From NCBI GenBank assembly GCA_050613775.1, contig JBODTK010000132.1, positions 310,001-374,000 of the forward strand: DNA of 64,000 bases, given 5' to 3'. Origin of the DNA: Neocallimastix sp. 'constans'. Taxonomy: Eukaryota. The notes below the pieces were generated by a model. It had not been told where the DNA came from and searched no databases. It saw nothing but the letters and a program-made list of their open reading frames with translations. This document shows, one piece after another, positions 25,976-39,799 of the stretch. The position numbers and the translations under genes are program-made. Numbering within the stretch: position 1 is the stretch's first letter; every line of letters begins with the position of its first letter.

Positions 25976-28900
25976 AATTATAAATTAATAATAGTAAATA
26001 GTAAATAGTAAATAATTGAATAATAATTATTAATTATTAATTACTAATTATTAATTATTAATAGTATAAATATAATATGAAGTTCATAATATATATGAAT
26101 TAAATAATTTAATAATCTTCAATGATAGATGATAGATAACCATTCAGATAGCATTAAAGAAAGATTTAGAATTATTAAACATCAACTAAAAATTATTACT
26201 AATAATGTTAATAAATTAAATTTTATACATATATACCAAATATGGAAAGATTTTTTTATATATATTATTACCAAAAATAATTTTAATCGGAAAAAAAAAT
26301 TTTTTTTTCAACATATTAATTATATTAAAAAGTTGGTATAATAATATATATAAATATATATAATATATATAATATATATTAAAAAAAACTATCTTTTTTT
26401 TGAATATTGATTTTGTTGTAGTTATGTCATTTTTATATATATATTTTTTAAATAAGTTCATATCAAAAAATCACCACCAAAATCAAAAAATAGCTAAATA
26501 AATAAAAATAAATAAAAAAACTATTGAAACAAATATATATATATTAAAGATTATTATATATTATAAATTAATGATAATAACAATAATAACGATTAAATAA
26601 ATAGCAACAGTATTAGTTACTTAATAAGCATAATATTTACAAATAATTCATAGTTTATTTATAAATTTATATTTATATTTCCCATTTAATATTCGTATTT
26701 ATTTAAAGAGAAATAAAAGTTAAATTTTTTTTTATTCCGTTAATTTTTTAAATAGATATGTGTATGTATATATATTTAAAAGATCTATTAGATATTTTAT
26801 TATACCCTTCTAATTGTATTTACATTGATATCTAAAGTTTTTTTTTTTTTTTTAAATAAATATAAATATATATAAGTATAGAAACATGTACAAAGTTTAG
26901 AAATACAAAAATATAAAAATATAAATATATATCTATATTTAAATATGTAAATTATATATATATATATATGATCTTTATTTCTAATTTTATATGGTTTTTT
27001 TTTTTTTTTATTCTCTATTGTAATTCATTTAGGAAAAAAAAAAAAAAAAAAAAAACATAAAAATTTTAATTTTGTTTTTGATAGATTTTTTTTCAGATTG
27101 GGATTAACGAGAGGGGAGAACAATAAGACTATCAGTCCCCCCTTAAACGTATCAGTCTCTCATTAGATTCTTTGCCATACCATTTCGGAGTCAACACGGA
27201 CCTCTCTTAGAAAGGCTAATATGAAAAACATATCCGATAGGTTCCTATTTAGTGAGCTCTTGAACCATCATAGAGGGAAGAACAATTACAATAATCCTCT
27301 CATAGATCAAGTGCTCCTGCATAAACAATTATGTAGTCTCGCAATAGTAATACTTACCATGGAAGGATGAAAATCCCCCATAAAAATTTAGGAGGTAGTC
27401 CATTTCCAGAAAAAAATGATTAAAGCAAAAAAGCAAAAAAGCAAAAAAAAAAAAAAAAAAAAATAATAATAAAAAAATTTAATTTTTTTTTTCTTATTGT
27501 TAAACCAATTTAAGAAAGAATAATGGTTATGCCTATTATAATGTTTTATACTTTTTTATATCCATATAGTAAAAATTTATTGTTTAAAAATCTTTAAATC
27601 TCTATTTATATATTTATTGATATTTAATCTATCAAAATATTTATATTTAATCTATCTATATGTTAATGTATATATTTATACAATGTATATCATATGTAAT
27701 GTATATATAAAAGAATTACATTCTATATAATATAATGAACAAAAAATATATATATATATTGCTAATAATTGTACCTTTTTTTTCAAAGAAAGATCTTAAT
27801 ATTTAATAAAAATTAAATACTTTCAATCTATCTCTATTTAAATCAAAATATGTTCATTTTAATTTCTATTTGATTATTTAGTTATAATCATTATAATTGT
27901 TCAATTTGAATCATAATATTTTTTGGTTTAATTTTTTCATACTGACTTTCTATGAATTATTTTCATTATCATTTCACTATATTGTAATTTTAATTATTAA
28001 TAAATTAGTTAATTAATTTATTAATCATTATCAATAAATAAACATAAAATTTACGAAAGTAATACAGAACATCATTACTATTTATAAATATAGAATATTA
28101 CCATCTTATAATTATCTATATTAATTAAATAATTAATAAAGATAATAGAAGATGATTATTATTTTTAGTTTGTAGTTAGTAGTTAGTAATAATACTAGTG
28201 GTAAGTGTAGCAATTGTAATAATAGTAGTAGAATTAGTAGTAGTAACTTTCGTATATATATAATAAATGTAATTTTAATTTTTTTTTTTTATTTTAAAAT
28301 TAATTTCAATATAAAATTAAAAAAAAAAAAAAAATTTTTTTTATTAGTTTTCATCCAATTAAATTTTTGTTAATTTTTTATTATTTTTTATATTTTTTTT
28401 AACATAAATTTAAATAAATATCAAAAATTAATATACTGTTCCATATATTATTTAATTAAAATATATATATCTTATTCAAAAGTTTATTGATACAATTTTT
28501 AATATTTGTATAAAAGGTTAAATCATTATATTTATCCTTTTATATACAAATGTTTATATTTATATAATGAATATAAATGAATATACACTTCGTGTTTTAA
28601 AATTTAAATATTTTTATTTTTATTAATTAAAGCAAAAACAAAAATAAATTTTATAAATATATATAATAATATATAGTATACATATATAAAAGTATATTAA
28701 AGGTAGTATTTAACAATAAATTAACATATATAGATAAATGGGTCACTAAATGAAAGAATTAAAAATTTTTATTTAATCATTAATATATGTTATATATATT
28801 AAACAAATATTATTTGTATTATCTAATATATATATAACTATTTTATGTATATTATTTGTTTATGTTATATATTTATTTTGATATATTTTATTTTTATTAT

Positions 28901-30252
28901 TATTATCATTATCATTATCATTTATTTTATTTTATTTTATTTTTTTTATATTTTATTTGCATTTTTTTTTATATTTTATTTGCATTTTATTTATATTTTA
29001 TTGCATTTTTATTTATATTTTATGCTGCTTTCAATTTCATAATATATAAATTTCATATTAATTATTTTATTTTTCTATTTTCTAATTTATTTTATTATTT
29101 TTATTTTTTTTTTATTTTTTATTTTTTATTTTTTATATTGTAAGTAATTTTTTTTTTTTTTTTTTTTTTTATTTTTATATATATATATTAAACTAATTTG
29201 ACAATTTTTATTCCAAATTTATTTTTATTAATAACAAATTTATGAATATTAAATATTTATTTATATATAAATAGAATTTTATTCAATTTACTTTTTTTTT
29301 TTTTCTTTCTTTTCTTTTTTGTTTTTGTTTTAAATTATTTTATATTTATTTTTGAATAACATGTTACTTATTAGGGTTTAAATTATTTTAAAAATTATTA
29401 TTTAAAACAAAACATTTTATTTTTTATAAATTATCTAACTTTAAAATTTTAATTGTAAATTTGAAAAAATATCTATAATTATTATTAACTAATATAATAT
29501 ATATAAAATTTCTTTGATATCATATACTTTTAAATAGAATCAATTATACATTTTCATTTATATATTTATAAATACCTTAAAATATCTAAAAATTTTCATA
29601 ATATATACCTTAAGATAGAATAATAATATTATTATTGTTAAAAGTTTTATAAATATATATATATACGCAATACAAATATATTTATAAGAATATCTTAATA
29701 CAATCAATATATTAAAGTATAAAGTATTATTCAAGAGTATTTATATTCATAATTACCTTTAAATAAATTGTAATATTATAACTATATTATAACAATACAT
29801 ACTGTACTGTTTATTTAAATATATTAAAGTAAAAAATATATTGAAATAATCTTTCTGTCATTTTATATCAATTTACTACAGTATTTACATGTTAATAAAA
29901 ATATATTATCATTTAATTGAAATCTATCGTTCTTAATTCAAAATTAAATTAAACTAAACTATTACTTTAAAAGTTGAATATCTAAATTAATGGGTAATTA
30001 TATATTCTTTTATTAATTATAAACACTTATATTAAATAATATAATATTATAATTAAAATATAATTAATATACATTTTAAATTATATATACTATATATATT
30101 TTTTTATTCTAATTTAGAATATATAATCAATTAGAGAAAAAATTAATTATTGATAAAATATTATAATATTGTATTGGTCGTCCGAAATTCATATATGTAT
30201 CTAATTAAAAGGTTAATCTCTTAAATAATTTTTCTATTTCTTTTTTTTTTTT

Positions 30253-30283
<31 letters not shown>

Positions 30284-30354
30284 TATTTTTTATATCTTAG
30301 TTTTTTATTCTTCACTTTATTTTAAAAAATAAAAGGTATCCTTTTTAAAAAAAA

Positions 30355-31957
30355 ATGTGTGATAATGATTCAACAAATCCCAAGGACTGGTGCTTTAATA
30401 AGCAGTTTACAATCAAACAATTAAGTCCTTACTTTGTTAATCCGGAAATTCTTCTAAAACAACATGAACCTAATAAGCCAAGAAGTTATCTCTTAGAAAT
30501 TTTTGGTTTTCTTTCCTTTTTCTTTATGGCACTTACTATGATTATCCATTGTAAATATCAATGTTCAAAAGGATATTCCAAAGGTTTAGCTTATACCATT
30601 CTTGCTGGTGAATTTTTTTTGGTTTTCGTAAATTGTGTTCTTCAAGTAAATTTATCACCTTTTTTTTTTTTTTTTTAATTCTTTTTTTATTAATTATATA
30701 GTATTATAATTTTATTAAATAATAATAATAATAATAATGACATATACTTATATATATATATATTTAAAAAAAAAAAAAAAACTATTTTATATATATTAAT
30801 TCTATTTATTTTCAATTAAAAATTTATTATTAATAATAATATTAAGGCTTTCATATTGAAAATTCATTGTTTCGATTTGTTTTTTACTATTTCTGTTGGT
30901 GTACCATTACTATTTCTTGGTGTATTAGGGAAAATGTTGATGCTCTATGTTGAATATATTAATACATTAAAGAAAGAAAAAATTAATAGTAGTGAAAGTT
31001 TTAATCATTTATTTTTAAAGAGTGATTTGAATAATATTAATTCTGATATCTTAAGAGATAATAATAGTGATTCAAAAACAAGTTTTAACACAATTCCAAG
31101 AGATTTACCTTTCATGAAACATATAAATGAACGAAATATTTTAATTGTTATATATACGGTATTATTATTATGTCTTGTGTATGCTTTCACTGCTCAAAGT
31201 AAAAGTAAATTTTATAGAATTGGTAATGAAATTGGCTATTGTAATCATGGGTAAAGTAGTATTATATGAAAAAAGTGAATAATGATCATAATGAAAAAAG
31301 TAACAAAAAAAAATGAGTTATTGATATAATAAATAAAAAAAGAATATTATTGACTGTTTATATTAATAGATAATTACTAATATTGTTTTATATTCATATA
31401 TAATTAACTTAAAACTAAAATTATATTATATTATTACATTTTAATTTGTTAATTAGTCCATGGGAATTTATACCACTCTATGTTATTTTATATATTTCAA
31501 CTATTCTTTCCACTATAATCTATACAAGACTTTTATTCTTAAGAAATAGAAAAGTTAAAGTTTCAAAAAAGATGATTCTTTATTTATTTATTGGTTTTTT
31601 CATTTTCATTCTCTATCTTGGATTTTCTTACTCTCCAACCCTTCATTTTAAATTCTTCTTTGTTACTAGGGAAATGTAAATCTAACATAATATATTTTAT
31701 ATATAGTGTAGTATATATAAAAGAATAGTTTAAAAAAAAATTTTTTTTATTATAAATAGTATTTTATAATCACCATTAATTAATGGATTATATACTTAAA
31801 TAATTTTTTTTTTATTTAGGATTTTAATTGTATTTGTTATTTATGTACATGTTTTATTCATTGGTGGACCAGTAAGTAATCAATATGTATAATTATAATA
31901 TTATTAATTTAATAATAAATTATATTTAATTTTAAATCAAAAAAATTTAAGTAGTAA

Positions 31958-31994
<37 letters not shown>

Positions 31995-33050
31995 AATAAA
32001 TAAATAAATAAAATAAAATAAGATATTCTATGTATATATTAAATTTATTTCATTATATATATGTATATTACTTATATAATTATATAATTTTCTAGGTTTA
32101 TAGAATGTTAAATATGGTTTATTTACAAGAAAACTTAAATAAAAGTATGGATAGTTTAAAATTTGTTCTTGATAATCCTGAATTATGTAATGAATTTTCT
32201 AAATATTGTACAGTTGAATTATGTATTGAAAATTTGGTTAGTTTTTTTTTTTTTTTTTTTTTTTTTATTATTTTTTTTTTATAGGAAATAACGATATAAA
32301 AGTTGAAATATAATAATAATAAAAATTATGAAATTTAAATTCATAATTTTAATATAAATATAAATAATAATAATTAAAAATTCATACACAATCTTTCTAT
32401 ATATAAATACATTATTTATTTATTTTTTGTTCAATTTTTTATAGTTGTTCCATAAAAGAGTTACAAAATTGAAGGAAGAAATTGCTGAATATGAAAATAT
32501 AAAAATACATAAATCAAAAAGAGATATATACGATTATGAAAAAAATAAACTTTCAAAATTTAAAAAACCAGATGATGTTAGACTTGATTTAGCTATTCAT
32601 GAAGAAGGAAGTTATGATGCTTCTTATGGATATTATAATGATTATTATAATAAGCAAGATAAATATTTAAATGGCGATTTCAGTGAAATAAATACTAATA
32701 ATCATCCCCATTTAAATGATTATGATGAACTTAGATCCTATAAAAATAATACTAATGATAATACTATTCCAATACTTTTCCTTAATGATGTTAAAGAAAT
32801 TTATAAAAAGTATATTGCACGTGGTTCTATCTTCGAAATTAATATATCCAATGCTATTTATCAAAAAATTAGTAATGAAATCAATAATGGGGATGACGAA
32901 TTTATTATGAAAGATATATTTGATGAAGCTGATAATGAAGTCTTAAATATTCTTTATACCAATATTTATGGTAAATTTATAAAAACTCAACAAAATAAAA
33001 AATTATTTAATGACTTTGAACTTATGATTAATAAATCACTAGAAGAGTAA
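30355..33050 (+). CDS. 7TM-RGS protein (seven transmembrane helices fused to an RGS domain), 570 aa, 6 exons: 30355-30645, 30847-31250, 31457-31675, 31820-31871, 32096-32236, 32445-33050
   Basis: GT..AG splicing keeps frame (1713 nt). Seven hydrophobic segments (LLEIFGFLSFFFMALTMII; LAYTILAGEFFLVFVNCVL; FFTISVGVPLLFLGVLG; ILIVIYTVLLLCLVYAF; FIPLYVILYISTILSTII; MILYLFIGFFIFILYLGF; MILIVFVIYVHVLFIGGP) are followed by RGS motifs LKFVLDNPEL..EFSKYC..ELCIENLLFH ... IYKKYI..GSIFEINIS ... IFDEA..EVLNIL..NIYGKF. Confidence 0.88.
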
Positions 33051-33208
33051 GAGAGTGGATAAGGAAGAAAAAATTAGAAAAATTAAATAGATAAAAAAAA
33101 AAAAGATAATATTTTAAGACTTTTGATATATAAAATCATAAATTTATATAGATTTTTAAGAGAAAAGAAAATTCGTAATTTAAGACTATTAATATAAAAT
33201 CATATAAA

Positions 33209-33239
<31 letters not shown>

Positions 33240-33323
33240 TTATAGAGATATATTTTTCATAATTAGTTATTAAATAATAAAATAAAATAAAATAAATAAA
33301 TAAATAAATAAATAAAAATAAAA

Positions 33324-33384
<61 letters not shown>

Positions 33385-34749
33385 TAATATTTGTTTTTTT
33401 ATAATAATTTTAATTTTTTGTTTTTGTTTTTGTTTTATTTTAATTTTTATATATAATAATATTATTATAATTCATTTTTAATTAAAAAAATTATTTTTTT
33501 TTTATTTTTTTTATTTTTGTATTACGCAATTAAAATATAAGTAAATAAATAAAACTTATTAAGCCCAAAATAAAATATTAAATAAAATTTTATTACAATT
33601 ATAATTATTATATTTAATTTTTTATATTTATTATTATAATTAGATTTCTTTGTTTTATTATTTTAGATTAAACTGGTGTTCATGTTATTTCACATAGTAT
33701 ACATCACACTGAAAATTTTTTTAACTTTTGAACTTATTTTTATTTTTTATTACATTAAATTTTCTATGATTAATTAAAATTTGTTTATGTTTAATTTTAT
33801 TTTTTTATTTTACTTAATCTTTAACATATTTTTTATTTTTTTTTTTTTTAATTATATAATATTTTTTTTTATTAAATGTAATACATAAAAATATTTTAAT
33901 CTATATAATAAAGCATTGAAAGTGTATTCTTCTCTTCTTAGTCTAAATAAAAGAAAGAAAAAAATTATTATTAATTATTATTTATTCTTATAATAACCAG
34001 GATTATAATTTTTATTGTTGGTGTTCTTTACATAATTAAACAGTCCCTTCAGGGACGTATCACCTTTTATGATATTGTCTTGTTGGCCCCTAATCCGTAA
34101 TAAGTAATAAGATTTTGATAATAATATTAATTTTTACTTACTGTGTCTCTTTATTAGTGATAAATGAAGTATATGAAATCTTCATATAGAAAGAAGACGT
34201 TTTATTAATAATATCTTTCAATCACCTTCAAGAGAGTCATATTTCCCAATTTCATAGCTTGTGGAATTTTTTACTAATGTTATCGTCTATTGTGATTAAT
34301 GACTTTTAAATTATAATCAATTTATATGCCACTAGACGTACTGCTGTCAAGAACATCGATAACATAAAATACATATATTTTTAGTATATTTATCATAAAT
34401 AACATAAATAATGTGTATTTTAACATTTAACATATTTTATAAATAATAATAAATAGTATATATTACTCTGTTTTATATATATATATATATTTGATATATA
34501 CAACACACATTCAAATTTTATAATATTTATCCCTGGTGACAGTAATAATTTTTCTATTCATAACATTGATTATTCATTATAACATCTTCGATTAAGAACA
34601 TTTCAACAATTATAATAATATTAAAGATTATATTATAATACATACGTCTTTTCACAACAAAAAAGAATATCCTGAAGGTAAAATCAGCAAATTAAGATGA
34701 AAGCTATTTTCTGCTTCTGAATCTTTTACTACCCAACCTTTAAAACCGG

Positions 34750-34983
34750 TCCATACTGATGTTGTTTACTTTATGGAAGATATTCCTGGAACCATCGATA
34801 CTTCGTTTTTTTATTCTAATACTATTGATTCATTATTTAATTATTCTAATTTATCAATTGAAGGGGAAAGTACTAATATATAATCAATAAATTCTAGATA
34901 TAATATTAATAATAATAATAACAATTATCATAATAATAATATTATTAATATTAATAACAACAGTAATAATAATAATAATTATC

Positions 34984-35061
<78 letters not shown>

Positions 35062-35444
35062 TTAATATTAATATTAATATTAATATAGTATTAATAATAA
35101 TGACCCTTTAGATAACATTGCTAATAAAAAAAAAGAAGTATTCAAGAAGATGAAGACTCAGGTGATGATTCAGATATTCAAACATTAAACATAAGAAATA
35201 TTATCAAAAAATATAAATATTAATAAAAGAATATAAAATCTTCAATATCATAACACAATGACAGAATACATATAATGAAGCTATGAATTTAAAATATTTG
35301 AAAGAATGGAATATAGAAATAAAAAATGACATTAAAAATAATGATAAAAATGATATATGATGGTGGTTGATATTAACAGTATTCCAAAAAAATTCAAATA
35401 TCATAGATACTAGATATGTTACTAGTAATTAAAAAGTGATAATA

Positions 35445-35491
<47 letters not shown>

Positions 35492-36578
35492 GATTAGTTG
35501 TAAAAGGTTGTCAACAAAAGAAAGATGAAAATTTTATTTCAACTTATTCCCCTACAAACACAATCAGATATTTTAAGAATCACCATTGCAATTGCATCAA
35601 TAAACAAAATGAAATTTAAACCAATTAGATATCAAAGCTTCATATTTAAATGCTGATAATAATGAAACTATTTATGTAAAAATTCGTAAAAGCGATAAAA
35701 GTTATTAACAGTAATAAAGTATGGTTATTGAAAAAAAAAAAAGTATTATATGGTTTAAAATAAGTTGGACGTATGTGGAATGAAGAAATAACAAATTATT
35801 TAATATTCGTTGGTTTCATTCGATAAATGTTTATTTGAAAAATACAGTAAAGAAAATAAATTAATAGCATTATTTATTAACTCTATATGTTAGATGATAT
35901 AATAATTACTGGTGAAGATAATGAAATTAAAAAAAATAATTAATAAATTAAAGAATAAAATATTACATTTCAAAAGAATCTAATACCATAAAAATTATTG
36001 GAATAAATATTTATAAAACAAAAAATAATTATAAAATATATCAAGAAGATTATATATATATAATTATTAATAATTATAATATGAATAAAACTAAAATTAT
36101 AAAATATCCTTACAGAAAAATATCAAATAAAGAAAGAATAAATGAAAAAACCAGTCGATATTGGAAAAATATAAATCATTATTAAGGTTCAATCCTATAT
36201 ATTGCTGTAAAATTCCAACCAAATATTTCATACACAGTTAATCAAGCATCAAGATATTGTGAACATTCAACAACAATTGATTATAAACCATTATTAATGA
36301 TATTGTTTTATTTGAAATCTACTATACCTAAATCAATATATTACAATGGAAAAGATAAGTTAGTAGGATTTTCAGGATGCCTACGATGCTAATGACGAAG
36401 TCACTCGAAGATCAGTAAGTGGATATATATTTTTACTAGGAAGTAGTCCAATTTCATGGAAGTCACAAATTCAAAGAAATGTCACTTTTTTCACAGCAGA
36501 AGCTGAATTTATCAATCTTAATTGAATGTGTAAAAAGGCATGGAATATAGTTATAAAAAAGCTTATTTTTGAAGAAAT
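34750..36578 (+). mobile_element. Decayed Ty1/copia LTR retrotransposon pol (post-integrase linker, RT, start of RNase H)
   Basis: Broken but ordered copia motifs: TYNEAM (about 35265), VRLVVKGCQQ..TYSPT (35488-35555), LDIKASYLNA (about 35625), YGLK*VGRMWNE (about 35750), LYV(D)D (about 35883), GSILYIA...VNQASRYCE (about 36190-36265), RRSVSGYIFLLGSSPISWKSQIQRNV...TAEAEF (36405-36510). Confidence 0.85.
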
Positions 36579-37500
36579 AACTAATAATCTTTCAATCACC
36601 ATTCCAAGCATATTTATTTTCGAATTATCATAAAAATATATTTGCGGACGGTACATTTTATGCAGCACCAAAATTTAGTTATCAGTTATTTATAACAAGA
36701 ACTTATGTTGGGGAATTTAATATGTTTTACACTACTTCCATTTCTATATTAAAAAATAAAAAACAATCTACATATGAAACATTATTTAAAGAAATAAAAA
36801 AAAATGCAAATAAATTTAGGAGTAATACATTAATTACTACAATTAATTTTCATTGTGATTTTGAACAAGGTATATCTAATGCCGCAAAAAAAGTTTTTCC
36901 CAATATAAATATTAAATATTGTGTTTGGCATTACAAAAGATCATTAGAAAAACAAAAAAATATATTATGTTATCATGAAGTGAAGAATAATAATGATGTA
37001 TATATTTATTATAAAGCTATTTCGAACTTACCGTTTATAAACCCTAACTATATATTTGATATTTATATTATAATAAAAAGAATTTGTCAAAAAAAAAAAA
37101 GTATAATAATTTTCTGCAATTTTTAGAATATTTTAATAAAAATCATTTACTTAAGTATAATGTTAATAATTGGAATTATTATGAAAATATAGAGCATTTA
37201 ACAAACAATGCATCAGAATCTTATAATAGCTACTTAAATAATATATTTCCAAATAAACCTTTATTTTATAAATTAATATATATATTAAAAGAAGAAGAAA
37301 ACTTATCTTATAATGATTATCAAAGGAGAACTAAAGGAAATTGGAAAAAAAAGCAAAAAATATTTAGTGCAACTGATGAAATTAAAATTTTAATTGAAAA
37401 TTACAAAAGTAAGGAAATAAATTTATTTTATAATGGATGCAACAGAAATGAATTAATTAAATTATGGAAAGAATATTTAAACGATATAAAATTAATTTAA
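36579..37500 (+). mobile_element. 5'-truncated Mutator/MULE DDE transposase with a frameshift in an A-run (about 37089-37100)
   Basis: The frame upstream of ORF 36722 reads LIIFQSPFQAYLF...IFADGTFYAAPKFSYQLFI (first D at 36647), then HCDFEQGISNAAKKVFP...CVWHY (second D plus CxxH), then TNNASESYNS (catalytic E) in the next frame. This is the canonical MULE order. Confidence 0.88.
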
Positions 37501-38059
37501 AATAAATAATCTTAATTTAAAAAAATGCTAGAAAAATACAAATTTATTTACCTATTGTGTTTATTTAATAATCTTAATAGAAATTATCTTTTAGTTATTT
37601 TTATTAAGTAATTTATAACTAAAACCGATTTATTTGATACTAGTTAAAATTTTATTAATATCAATATCAATATTATATAATTATAAATTTTATTAATATC
37701 AATATCAATATTATATAATTATAAATTTTATTAATATCAATATACTTTTCAAAATTAATTAAGGTATTAAAAATATTAAATTCAATAAAAGATTTTTATT
37801 ATTTTATTAAAATTATAATTGTTATTATTATATTTTAATAATAATTGATTCATATTGATCAAACATTATAAATATTACTATGCAAATAATTAATTATTTT
37901 AATAGGACCAATTATTCAACTCTTATTGTTTTAATTTTTAATTCTTATATCATTTAAATTAATATATATATATATATATCGTTTATGAAAATATGAATTA
38001 TAAATAATTAAAATTATTTACTTTTCATTTAAATTTTTTTATTTACTATAATAAAGTAT

Positions 38060-39290
38060 AATAATTAAAAGACAAACGTTATTATAACTAATTTTTTTTT
38101 TTTTTTAGAAAAATAAATGAAAAAAATTAAAATATATAAGATTCCTATATATATAAAATAATTATTATATTTTATTTTATTATATATTTTTTTTATTTTA
38201 TTTTATTTTATTTTATTGTATTTTATTTTATTATATTTTTTTTTATTTTATTTTATTTTATTTTATTTTATTTTATTTTATTTTATTTTATTTTATTTTA
38301 TTTTATTTTATTTTATTTTATTTTATTTTATTTTATTTTATTTTATTTTATTTTATTTTATTTTATTTTATTTTATTTTATTTTATTTTATTTTATTTTA
38401 TTTTATTTTATTTTATTTTATTTTATTTCATTTTATTTCATTTTATTTTATTTTATTTTATTTTATTTTATTTTATTTTATTTTATTTTATTTTATTTTA
38501 TTTTATTTTATTTTATTTTATTTTATTTTATTTTATTTTATTTTATTTAATTCAATCTGTACTTTATATTCATATTCTACTATTTATTTTATTTTATTTT
38601 ATATTTATATTTCAACTATTTATTTTATTTTATTTTATTCAATCTGTACTTATATTTATGTTTCTACTATTCATTTTATTTTATTTTATTTTATTTTATA
38701 ATATTTTATTTTATTTTATTTTATTTTATTTTATATTTATATTTCAACTATTTATTTTATTTTATTTTATTCAATCTGTACTTATATTTATGTTTCTACT
38801 ATTCATTTTATTTTATTTTATTTTATAATATTTTATTTTATTTTATTTTATTTTATTTTATTTTATTTTTTATTTATATTTCAACTATTTATTTTATTTT
38901 ATTTTATTCAATCTGTACTTATATTTATGTTTCTACTATTCATTTTATTTTATTTTATTTTATTTTATTTTATTTTATTTTATTTTATTTTATTTTATTT
39001 TATTTTATTTTATTTTATTTCATTTTATTTTATTTTATTCAATCTGTACTTTCTTATTTAATATTCTACTTTTTATTTTATTTTATTATATTTTATTTTA
39101 TTCAATCTGCATTTTCTGTTGATAATATAAACAAGGTATTAATGTATTAATAATAATTAATAATATTTAAAATAAAATAAAAAAAATATAATTATTTTAT
39201 ATACGTAGTAATTATATATATATATATATATTTATTTAATTTTCTAAAAAAAATTTTTTTAGTCATAATAAACGTTTGTCTTAATTATTT
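38060..39290. repeat. (TTTTA)n plus satellite array (reverse of the 24.7-kb family) enclosed by an inverted repeat of about 110 bp
   Basis: Left arm AATAATTAAAAGACAAACGTTATTATAACTA... (about 38060-38175) mirrors right arm ...TAGTCATAATAAACGTTTGTCTTAATTATT (about 39180-39290). TTCAATCTG cores at 38551, 38638, 38770, 38907, 39038 and 39101. Confidence 0.8.
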
Positions 39291-39359
39291 TTATTATTAT
39301 TTAAAAATTTATTTATTCATTTATAATTTATTCATTCATTCATTTATTTATCACATTAT

Positions 39360-39437
39360 AATACGCCATGTTTTCCGAAATACAATACAACAAAATACAA
39401 ATTTATGTAATAAAAATTTTCGAAATGACACACCCCC
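39360..39437 (-). mobile_element. Orphan Mutator-type terminal inverted repeat (right end)
   Basis: The reverse complement from 39437 reads GGGGGTGTGTCATTTCG, like the MITE termini GGGTGTGAGGCATTTCG and GGGAGAGTTGCATTTCG at 49317/49666. It also carries the AATACGCCA subterminal motif shared with those MITEs. Confidence 0.55.
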
Positions 39438-39799
39438 TTCTCAACTATTATATAAATTGTAATATGGCGCATGTATGACGTACATAAAACATTTATGTAA
39501 TTACACATAAAATATAATTGTGATATAATTAAAATTTATGTAGTAAAAATATATATAAAAAATATTAATGATAATTATTAAAAAAAGTAGTTAACTATAA
39601 TTATAAATAAATAAATAAAAATATTAATAAAATATTAAATAAAATATGAAATTACGAAATTTGAAGTGTTAATTCTAATAATATTAAAATGGCTTAGATA
39701 AAATAATTTTTTTACTTTAATTATTATAATAAAAGGTCCTTCCTATAAAGGATATATATAACAGAAGAAAGAATTATAAAACTATAATAAAGTGAAACA

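Noticed and set aside
27349..27410. ATACTTACC resembling the U1 snRNA 5' end
   Set aside because: No U1 loop I (GATCACGAAG) or loop II (ATTGCAC) motifs and no Sm site follow.
38216..38701. 161-aa FILFY-repeat ORF, and similar F/I/L/Y-rich ORFs at 17804, 28845, 28856, 56910 and 63170
   Set aside because: Artefacts of stop-poor T-rich repeats with no coding signal.
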